64,000 nucleotides of DNA, taken from positions 94,428,001 through 94,492,000 of the forward strand of contig CM059431.1 in NCBI GenBank assembly GCA_030390025.1, written 5' to 3'. This document shows, piece after piece, positions 52,737 through 62,852 of this stretch (positions are counted from its first letter, which is position 1; each line of letters opens with the position of its first letter). A model generated the notes under the pieces. That model worked only from the letters and a program-made list of their open reading frames with translations, was not told where the DNA came from and did not search any database. A program made the translations under genes and the position numbers. Source of the DNA: Squalus acanthias (lineage: Eukaryota).

Positions 52737-53671
52737 TGCGGATGACACTAAATTGGGAGGCAGTGTGATCAATGAGGAGGATGCTAGGAGGCTACAGAGT
52801 GACTTGGACAGGTTGGGTGAATGGGCAAATGTATGGCAGATGAAGTACAATGTGGATAAATGTGAGGTTATCCACTTTGGTGGTAAAAATAGAGAGGCGG
52901 ACTATTACCTGAATGGTGGCAGATTAGGGAAAGGGGAGGTGCAATGAGACCTGGGCGTCATGGTACATCAGTCACTGAAGGTGGGAATGCAAGTGCAGCA
53001 GGCAGTCAAGAAAGCAAACGGAATGATGGCCTTCATAGTAAGGGGATTTGAGTACAGGAGTAGGGAGGTGATGCTGCAGTTGTACAGGGCCTTGGTGAGG
53101 CCACACCTGGAGAATTGTGCGCAGTTTTGGTCTCCTAACTTAAGGAAGGACATTCTTGCTATTGAGGGAGTGCAGCGAAGGTTCACTAGATTGATTCCTG
53201 GGATGGCCGGACTGACATATCAAGAAAGATTGCGTCAACTGAACTTGTATCCTCTGGAGTTCAGAAGAATGAGGGGGGATCTTATAGAGACATTTAAAAT
53301 CCTGACTGGTTTAGACAAATTAGATGCAGGCAGAATGTTCCCAATGTTAGGGAAAACTAGAACCAGGGGTCACAGTCTAAGGATTAAGGGGAAGCCATTT
53401 AAGACTGAGCTGAGGAGGAACTTCTTCACCCAGAGAGTGGTGAATCTATGGAATTCTCTTCCACAGAAGGTTGTTGAGGCCAGTTCGCTAAATATATTCA
53501 AAAGGGAGTTAGATATAACACTCACAACTAGGGGGATCAAGGGGTATGGCGAGAAAGCAGGAATGGGATACTGAGGTAGCATGTTCAGCCATGAACGCAT
53601 TGAATGGCGGTGCAGGCTCGAAGGACCGAATGGTCTACTCCTGTACCTATTTTCTATGTTTCTATGTTTCT
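52737..53671 (+). mobile_element. 5'-truncated CR1 (RT C-terminus plus tail)
   Basis: ADDTKLGG..LEFRRMRGDLIE; (TTTCTATG)n; TSD aagca. Confidence 0.93.
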
Positions 53672-54251
53672 AAGCAGTTCAGGAGTAACAACAGTTCAAG
53701 TTCAACAGAAGGCAGTTCTGCAGTTTTGGAGTTCAATTTGAAAAGCCTGTTTTTCAGCAGAAGTCAGTGTTGGAATTACAGAGTTCAGGAGAAGCAAGTT
53801 GGCCAGTTAAAGAAGACAGTTCAGTAAGAAGGGAGTTCTCCAGTTCTCCAGTCAAACAGTTCAAGTTCAACAAGCAGGCAGAAGGCAGTTTCCACAGTTC
53901 TGCAAGAAGGCAGTTCCACAACTCGGAAGAAGACAGTTTAAACAGAAAGCAGTTCAACAAAGAAAGCCAACAGCTCCAGAAGTAGGCCGACACGCAAGAA
54001 GAGACCAGAGCGACTGCCTCAGTGACCATCGGACACCTTGCGGCAACAAGGGCCTGACAAAACCTTTTACTCAAAGGACTCTAAACCCTAACTCTCAACT
54101 GTCAAGGATTCATTTGGTGAACATTATCCCTGGTTCTCCAGAGTCCAACCTAGCTAGTGAAGTGGGATTGGGAGGGGTGAAGTATTCTTCTAATGTTATT
54201 TCCCTCGCGTGTACCGAAGTGTTCCCCACCTTTAGAGTGTTAAGAGTGTTT

Positions 54252-55144
54252 GGGGTAAAAATTCACTTGGTTGCGCCACCCGTTAGCGCCTTAAGAGGGC
54301 GCTAATGGGGCGCAAAGCCGCTAACGCCCGGGCGCAGCGATGTTTGCGCCGCTCGAGAACTTAACTTGAGATTGTGCGGCGGCGCTAAAACTTACCGCTG
54401 CGACCACCTGCGCGCGCAGATTGTGACGTCATTCCATGGTGCAACGCCCTTGGGGCGCCCCGTAGCGGAAATTGAGTGGCGCCCCCTGCCTTACCGCCTG
54501 GCGCTTCCAACGACCAGAAGACTGGAACGCTATCAATCGCTGTGGGGCTGGGGGGGGCGCTATTTAAAGGGGGCCTCTTCCTGTCTTTTATTGTTGGTGA
54601 CATTTTTGAACTACGCATTCTGAGAGAGAGAGGGAGAGACTTCTGGAGCGATTCAACGTTATGTGAAGGAGTTTTGGGTACTGAGCAGCACTTTGCAGGT
54701 TCATTTTGATTTGCCATTCCTTGTATCGATTTAGCAGAGACCGTGGGAGCTGCACTCTGAGCTCTTTGCCTGGTGCTCTCCATTGTTCTTTCCAGCACAT
54801 TTGATGTGCAAGTCTCTCCAGGCCGAGATTCAAGGCAGCAATGAACAGGATGTGGATGGAAAGCAAGATTAACCATCCCCTTTAAGAACTGGCCCGTGCC
54901 ATTGTGTGTGTGTTCCATTGCTGACTGACATTACATGAGCTTCGCCAGCGCTCCGAGTTAGCGCCTCACTGCACGGCCTTTGCGCCTTAAGACAGGTGTG
55001 CAGCGCCTGATTTAGCGCTCCACTCACCTCCCGGGGCGGTAAAAGTGAAGTTTCCAGTCAGTGCCGATAATTAGCGCCAGGCGCTAATATTTGCGTCCGG
55101 ACGATATTTGCGCCCCAAATGGGGCGCGACCTAATTTCTACCCC
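54252..55144 (-). mobile_element. 893-bp Harbinger MITE, fifth copy
   Basis: TIRs; TSD ttt; empty site at ~29655 in the other LTR. Confidence 0.93.
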
Positions 55145-56267
55145 TTTGTGTTGTGTTTTACTTTCTTGAATAAAGATCGAAATTCTTTCATCAAAACCTG
55201 TTGTCTACTTCACCTTTGTTCACGACCCCCAAATAAGTTCAAGGTCTAGAACCAGGGACGTGGGAGCGATTCGAACCGCTCACTGAGTCAGAGGTGAAGC
55301 TGACCCTACCACACCACCCCCTACACGCTGGTCAGGGACAAGGGGCCCTGGAGAACCAATTTGTAATTCCCCATGGAACCCAGCAGCTCCGGGAAATGGT
55401 AGCTCATTTAGAAAAGTTAACCCCTCAAGGGGACCCCTCGTCCATTTTATGGACAGAGAGCAGGCAGCCGGTATAAACGGCTGCGATGAGGCCGAACAGG
55501 CTAAAATGCTGCTTTTCTCCTTGGATCGCAAGGTATACCAGGCCCTCTCTGCAGATAGCAAGAGGGAGCAGAGCACATATGCTGCGATCCAAGAAGAGGT
55601 GTTAGAGGTTCTGGGCCTAAATGACGGAAGTCCATTTTCCCGGGTCGAGAAGACCCTTTCAACAGGCAGGTGAAACCCCACAGGCTTTCGCAGACAGGCT
55701 GTGGCCCGTCTACGAGAGAGCATGTGGAGGAGATCTCGACCTGGAACCAACAGCTTGCTGGCTTCGCAGCCTAGTGGCTAACTGCCTGCCATGAGTAAAG
55801 GCTAAAGCCGAGCTGTGGTTCGACCCCAGAGACCCCACCGCTACCGAGGAGTCAGTGGTTAGACAGTTAACCCTGGCTTACCGGAATGGCAGAGGGGCCC
55901 CACAAAAAGGAAAGGTCCACGAGATCCGGCCCAGTAATTCCAGTAGAGAATGGCACCAGGAAGAGGGGAGCCCTTCCGACTCAAAGAGTACGTGCTATGG
56001 GTGCGGAAAAAGTGGGCACTGGCGGAAGAATTGCCGAAATCCTTGGAAAGATAGGGCAGAAAAGGAATCCTCACCCTTAAAGGATTCCCCTGCCACAAAA
56101 TGTTTAACAGCCCCGGCTCAAAGAGCTCAAAGAGCCGGGCCTGGGGCACACAATCCCTCTGGCAATTTCGATGAGATTGTGGCCGCGCTCCGAACTATGA
56201 TAATGGGCTCAGGGAAGGTAGCTGTAGCCACCGGCGCAACCTCACCTGCCCCACCTAATCCTGATCT

Positions 56268-57735
56268 ATGACTAGAGCCAGCGCAGCTGTATACCTGTGC
56301 CCTTTACACTATGATGAGTGGAAATGGCCTTGCGTGAAGATAGAGGTGGAGAGGGTTAAAGGGGCCTATCTGCTAGACACTGGTGCTTCCAGCACCATCG
56401 TCTATGCGGATAACCCAACCACCTCACCTCTGTCGAATGGAGTCCCGTATTCCTTGGTAGGATTCACAGGTAACGAGCAGGCTGGCTCGTTCTCCATCCC
56501 ACTATCAATTGACTTAGGAGCACTGCACACCAAGTGGAAGTGTGTCCTAATGAAGTGGGAGAAAGAGGGAACAGGGATCCTAGGTGCAGATTTCATGATT
56601 GGCCACAAGGTCCTAGTGGACCTCAGAAATCATTGCCTATGGGGAGCGGTATGCATGGGGGAAGAGAAAGAAGTTGTAGTGATCCCGGGGATACAAGGCA
56701 AAGGGACCCTATACACGGTAAAGCCAAAAGAAGGCTATGACCTCAAGTTACTGGTAAGCAGTACCCCCAGAGAGTATCAGGCGTTGGTGCGGGCAAATCT
56801 CGGTGCATTCGCCACCCACAAGCATGATTGTGGGAGGGTAACAGGGGTCGAGGTTAGCGTAGATGGGGATCCCATGGACAGGCCCCAAAAACAGTAGAAG
56901 TTCCCTAGGGAGGCGGAGGCAGACCTGGAGATTGCCCTGGGTTCCCTAGTCACACAGGGAGTGTTGAGGCCGATAGCCACCCACGTGAACTCACCACTTG
57001 GGCCGGTTAGGAAACCGGACAATTCATGGAGAGCCACTGTGGACTACCGGGTCCTCAACCGCAATATCCCAGCCTGTGCGCCCACGGTCGCTACAGTCGC
57101 CGACCTAATTGGAAGCGTACCAGCATCCGCGTGCACCTTGACGGTGCTGGATATCTCAAACGGTTTTTGGTCCATCCCGTTAAAGAGAGGGGACCAGTAC
57201 AAATTTGCTTTTACCTTCAAGGACCAGCAATACACGTGGAACTGCCTTCCCCAGGGGTTTCATAACAGCCGCAGTATATTCCACCAATGCATGGCCAATT
57301 GTCTAAAACACTTCAGCAAGCCCCAGCAGTTGGTACAGTATGTGGATGACCTGCTCCTATTCACCGACAAGGGTGAGGAGCACGGCCCACTGCTAGCTGA
57401 ACTGCTGGAACTGCTAAAGGAAGTGGGTTTTAAAGTCAACCCAAAGAAGGCGCAGATCGGCCAGCCAGAAGTAAAATTCCTGGGGCTGACTGTGTGCGCA
57501 GGCGAGAGGGCAATAGATAAGGCCAGGAGAGAAGCAATGCAGGAATTGCCAGCCCCTCGTTCTGTTACTGGAGTAAGACCTATCCTAGGGCTTACTGGTT
57601 ACTGCAGGGATTTCATTGAGGACTACGCAGCCACAGCAGCCCCCCTACTCCGACTCCTTCACAAAGGAGTGGAGTGGGACTGGGATAAAAGCAGCGGGGA
57701 GGCGTTCACTCAATTAAAAAAAAATCTGCAAACCA
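56268..57735 (+). pseudogene. pol: pol: aspartic protease plus reverse transcriptase (stop at 56895; RNase H and integrase core absent)
   Basis: YLLDTGAS, ILGADF; NSPLGPVRKPD..VDYRVLN, LDISNGFWSIP, LPQGFHNS, QYVDDLL, KFLG. Confidence 0.93.
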
Positions 57736-58673
57736 CGCACAAAGGGCAGCCGGGAGGGGTGAGCTGTCCTCAGGACAAGGGCCCCCAGCCGGCAGCCTCC
57801 GACTGTGGGGGAACCGCAGGGGTAGTGGGGGCAGACTCACAGGCCGTACAAGTAGGGGCCGTGAGCTGCATTGCTGGAGGGGCTGTCCCACCTATAGTTT
57901 GGGACTCGTACGAGCCCCAGGTACTCGGAGGCCTTAGAAGGACCTTCCGCACCCCGCAGCCCAGGTTCCCATGGTCCCCTACGCTATGATACAGACTGCT
58001 CCGTCCTGAGAGGGACTCCAGGAAGCAAAGACTGTGGAAGGCAGGAGACCGCTTACGGGCAAAAGGTCACAGGCCTGCAGTGCCCGACTGTAGGGAACCG
58101 GCAGGGGAGGCAGCAGCCCCACCAGTCGTAGCCTCTGAAGGGAACGAGCCCACAACAGAGGTAACAGCCAGGCACTGAACCCGATTATGGGAAGCCTGTG
58201 GGGGAAGTAGCAGCCCCACCGGACATAGGTTCCGACTATGGGGAACCAACAGGGGAGATAGTAGTCCCACTAGCTTTAGAGTTAGGCACGGTTCACTGCA
58301 CAGAGGGAAGGACCATCCCGCCTATGGTATGGGACTCGGAAAAACCCCCGAGAACCGACCCCGTGAGAAGGAGTAGCCGAGTCTCACGGCCTAGGACACC
58401 ATGGTCCCTGGTACAAATGCTGCCCAGATACCGCAGAAGGCACAGGACATCCAGGATGTAACCTGGCCACCCGGAGACGGTTGGCGCTGTATATAGCTTT
58501 GGTTTAAGTTAGTATCTAAGTTAAAAGGGTTTTGAGTTTTAAGTTGGTAGTTTGGTTTGGATTTTAGAGCTTTCAAGTTTAAATTTGAATAAGATTACCT
58601 TGTAGCCAAGCCAGAGAACATTTTCTCAAAGGCAAGGCTGTCGGTTTGTGACCCCTCCAGGAAAAACCACAAG

Positions 58674-59451
58674 ATGATGGAAGGAATCCTGTTCCTACTT
58701 GCCCTACTGGGGACAAGCACCGGCAAAAGAGGTGACGTCGAGGAGTCCCGGATCTTTGGGTGCTCGGGTGGAAGAGCGCCCATCATTACTACCGGGGATG
58801 GTACTCGAGGCGCGAGTGAGGTCACCATCTATCACCACCAGGGAAGGTGGCCAGGATGGCTGGGGTCCAATTCAACCAAATACCCCAGCCAGGCCGGGTT
58901 TACTTACGGGGAGGTGTCCCTCCCATGCCCAAGGGTACAAATTGTTGCTTCCCGGGTTAGGGTGACGGAAGGAAAGAGGGTGTGTTTGAGTTGTAAAGGA
59001 CGGATTCCCCTGGGTAGGTGGTGGTGGCTCAGAAAGCTGAGCAAGGACGCGGGGGACCAGGAAGTGGCGTGGGTACGACTTAACAATGATACCATTACGA
59101 GTGCCCCAGACAGAGTGGAGAATATAGGGATCATTCAGGGAGGAGCACACATTCGTTTCACAGCGGTCCCACCTTATGTCATAAAGTGGGAGCACGCTAT
59201 GACAGGTACTGACCTCTCCGGGTGCCGGAGCCGGGGTGCACATGTAATACTGTGCCCCCAGCACTTGAATGCCTATGCAAGATCACAATGCAGGTTTAAA
59301 GCTGCTGGCCCACGGCCTATCAACTGCACTACGGAGGTGATGGCCCAAGACCACGTTCCTCCACAAGTGGCATACGTAGAGGGTGCGACATATTGTGTCA
59401 CCAACAGTGCGCCCCAATATCAACACGGATCGTACATCTGGTGCATATGCT
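58674..59451 (+). pseudogene. env: env-like glycoprotein, truncated by the inversion
   Basis: Splice acceptor ccctccag at 58653-58660; signal peptide MMEGILFLLALLG; NxS/T sites; Ig-like and Cys-rich segments. Confidence 0.7.
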
Positions 59452-61848
59452 ACAGCGTATGTGCTCTACCCCCTCTTGCTATCTGCAGAGAGGGCCTGGT
59501 ATACCTTGCGATCCAAGGAGAAAAGCAGCAGTTTAGCCTGTTCGGCCTCATCGCAGCCGTTTAAACCGGCTGCCTGCTCTCTGTCCATAAAATGGACCGA
59601 GGGGTCCCCTTGAGGGGTTAACTTTTCTAAATGAGCTCCCATTTCCCGGAGCTGCTGGGTTCCATGGGGAATTACAAATTGGCTCTCCAGGGCCCCTTAT
59701 CCCTGACCACCGTTGCTGGCACCATACTTTTGTTGTCGGATCGGGTACATCGGCCCCGGTCCTGACACCCCTTGTATTTCCTCGGTGCCGTGCTCTCTCT
59801 ATACTGCCAGGACTATCCTCGGTAGGGCTACAGGTGGTGGTTGGACGTCTCTTTCTGCCACTCTATCCCCCTCTACTCCCCCTTGCTCCTGCATGTCTCC
59901 CTTAGGAGCGCTTGGGCTTATCAGGCATACCATCCCCTTAGCATTAGATAGGGCCTGGGTTAAACCTTTTATCTTGGCCTCACAGGGCCCGTGATCCTCC
60001 ACCCCGAAGCCCTTGCTATTGGCTACTTTATAGGCTGCCTGCGCATCCCGTATCCTCTCCTCCTGTTCTCTTATTACTTTTGTTAGGCAGGCATTTCCCC
60101 CCGCAGCGCTAGCTCATTCCCCTTTGCCTCCGTTACTTGGCATTGGAAATAGTCCTGCTTATTCCTGTGGGTCTCTTCTAGCTGTAATCTGATATGCTTT
60201 TGTTTAGTTAATTCCTCAAACATTTTCTCCCCTGCCATAGCCCTTACGGCTGAGCGCTCTTCGGATTCCCAGAGCTCTGCTACCAATTTCTTGACCTTCC
60301 TATCCAGCAACTGGATCTGTCTTTGGTAGCAGACCAACCAAATAGCCTTCTCTATTGGCCTTTTATGGTCCTTGCTCTCGGTCCACTTAGCAGCTGCGTC
60401 CACCGGACGCTCAGCCCGTAACAGGCTTATGACCCACTTTTTGGTAATATTTACTTTCTTAAATACATATTCGGAGATTCTTTCCTCCATTTTTGTTCTT
60501 TCCACCAGAACCGAGTCTACATCCTCACATCCTTTGTACCAAGCTCCTACCTGGCTCGCCATTATGTAGGGGGTGGTGGGTTTGTCGGCCTTTTACAATG
60601 GCCTTGACGGTTCGAATCGTCCCACTCCCTGGTTCTGGAGCTTGGAATTATTTGGGGGATGTGATAGATGTCGGCAGACAATTGTTTGGTGCAAGAACAA
60701 ATATTTTATTTAGAAATGGCACACCACATGAATTAACTATAAACAAAACCTCCTACGCAACAGGTACAGAGGTTATGCAGTGAGAGGAAAAAAAACAAAA
60801 CAAAATAAAACCACCTCCCACCACTACACTAACTAAGTTAGGCTCTGAAATTACAGGGACTATGCTCACCAAAGGATTTTTCCACAGTTTAGACCAGTTA
60901 CACACTGCTTTCCCTCTCCTCAATCTTGTGGACTCCTTGGCTGTTTGCGGTGTCTTCGGTATTAGCACTGGTCGACGATTTGATGGGAAACAAGTTTTTC
61001 CTAGAGTCAGCGCTGGATGATGGTTGATCTTTCAGTGACTCCGAGGCTTCTTGTTAGGTTTTCTTGTTGCGTTGCTGTAACCTCGTGTGGCAAGTTAGAT
61101 GTTTCAAAGCCAGAGTCAAAAAGCCCAGAGTCCAAGTGCCTTTCCAGCGTGTTCTCGGGTACGTTTCTTCTGCTCCGGTGTGTTGCTGCTGCTGCTGCTG
61201 CTGCCGGCACTCTCTCCCTTCAGCCCGTCTGTTCAGGTACTCTTTAGCTACTAGCAAGCCCCCAGTTATACCCGAGAGGCTGCTTAAACTTTTGCGCCAA
61301 AACTCGGGGGCACAATTGATTTTAGATGACTCCCTTTTGTGCGATTTTGGCAGGCTGATCAACTCTGATGTGATCCCTTTGTGAGAATGTTGGTGGGCTG
61401 ATTGAGCATTAGCATGATACAAGATTCCCAAAGGTGTTGATGGGGTTTTTGAATGGTGCTGTTAGAATGTAATCAGGTCTTGATACTGTCCATTGTGTGT
61501 TTTGCTGATGCCAGGGTTTTTCTGGATAGCCGTTTTAAGAACCATTAAAATATGTATGTCTCTGGGTCCCTGGTAAGTGGGCTTTTGTTAGACTGCTAAT
61601 GTCTCCCTGGGGGCCTGCCTCCCAGGTGGGTTAGCAGCCCTATAAGGATTCCCATTTTCCTGTGCAGACCCGGTATATAATTTAAAATGTCCAAACTCAA
61701 TCCAATAGGCCCTAGTTTAGTCCAAAGGCGCCTGATAGTGAGATATTTCTGTCCACATTTCTCCTCCAAGAGATCCAACACAGCCCCCTTTTAAATTGCA
61801 GACACATGTCCATTAAGTAGGAGGTCCCGGAATTTTGTGAATCCTGCA
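59452..61848 (-). repeat. Inverted copy of LTR (60565-61848), PBS and 5' gag
   Basis: Reverse complement of 49989-52129 plus 55330-55585; same ORFs appear mirrored (e.g. 51275+ vs 60562-). Confidence 0.97.
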
Positions 61849-62265
61849 CTGCAGCTTTGGGAAAGTCCTCTTCCTTGGTAAACACCAAATTACTAATTTA
61901 ATATTTTAATACCTCAGCCATGCCTTCTGCCTCCACATCAATGCATCCTATTCAGCCCCACCGCTCCTCTGACAACCCATTTACTGTTTATTGTACCTAT
62001 AGCAGACTGTTGGATTCCCTTTTATGTTAGCTGCCAATCTATTCTCGTACTGTCTGTTTGCCCCTCTTATTTCCTTTTTCACTTCTCCTCTGTACTTTTT
62101 ATATTCAGCCTGATTCTCCCTTGTGTTATCTTGCTGACATCTGTCATACGTCCCCATTTTCTGCTTCATCCTACTCTTTAACTCCTTCGTCAACCAGGGA
62201 GCTCTGACTTTGGTTGCCCACCCTTTCCCACTTATGGGAATGTATTTAGACTGTACCCGAACCAT

Positions 62266-62402
62266 ACAATAGCAAAATACTGCGGGTGCTGGAAATCTGA
62301 AATAACAAGAGAAAATGCTGGAAACACTCAGCAGGCCAGGCAGCATCGAGGAGAGAGAAACAGAGTTAACGTTTCTGGTCGAGGACCCTTCGTCAGAACT
62401 GG
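62266..62402 (-). mobile_element. Penelope-like pLTR with intact hammerhead core
   Basis: Minus-strand CTGACGAAGGGTCCTCGACCAGAAACGTTAAC (62365-62396). Confidence 0.8.
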
Positions 62403-62427
62403 ACAAGGTTAAAGAGAGATTTTTAAG

Positions 62428-62852
62428 CATAAGAACATAAGGAATAGGAGCAGGAGTAGGCCATTCGGTCCTTCGAGCCTGATCTGCCATTCAATGAGAT
62501 CATGGCTGATCTTCTGCCTTAACTCCATTCACCGGCCCTATCGCCATATCCCTTGATGCCCTTACTAGTCAGAAATCTATCGACTTCTATTTTGAATATA
62601 CGCAATGACTGAGCCTCCACAGCCCTCTGGGGTAGAGAATTCCAAAGATTCATCACCCTCTGTGTGAAGAAATTTCTTCTCATCTCAGTCCTGAATGGCC
62701 TACCCTTGATCTTGAGGCTGTGGCCCCTGGTTCTAGAATCCCCAGCCAAGGGAAACATTCTCCCAGCATCCATCCTATCAAGCCCTGTAATAATTTTGTA
62801 TGCTTCAATGAGATCCCCTCTTATTCTTCTGAATTCAAGAGAATACAGGCAA
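62428..62852 (-). mobile_element. CR1 3' end
   Basis: LYSLEFRRIRGDLIEAYKI; (TTCTTATG) tail. Confidence 0.9.

Larger units (their letters stand above)
52130..55325 (+). mobile_element. Solo LTR, family 2, inserted in gag; itself holds a CR1 and a MITE
   Basis: TGTAAG..CTACA; TSD cgct; reverse complement of 29476-30827; AATAAA at ~55169. Confidence 0.92.
51275..56271 (+). pseudogene. gag: gag (coiled-coil N-terminus, CCHC knuckle), split by solo LTR 52130-55325
   Basis: Frame continues past TAG 52037 and across the LTR; CYGCGKSGHWRKNC at ~55993. Confidence 0.8.
49989..61848 (+). mobile_element. Defective spuma/lokiretrovirus-like provirus with inverted termini
   Basis: TG..CA ends, TSD ctgc (49985-49988, 61849-61852); ~2.4-kb inverted arms; gag, PR, RT, env. 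Confidence 0.9.
46145..62265 (-). mobile_element. Host CR1 LINE ORF2 in pieces (46145-46717, 49601-49988, 61853-62265) carrying nested insertions
   Basis: GVPQGSVLGP..FAND; collinear continuation across the insertions. Confidence 0.85.

Noticed and set aside
49989..61848. DIRS, Polinton or autonomous Ginger, because of the long inverted termini
   Set aside because: No tyrosine recombinase, PolB or integrase core; a PBS, protease, env and 4-bp TSD indicate an LTR/retroviral origin
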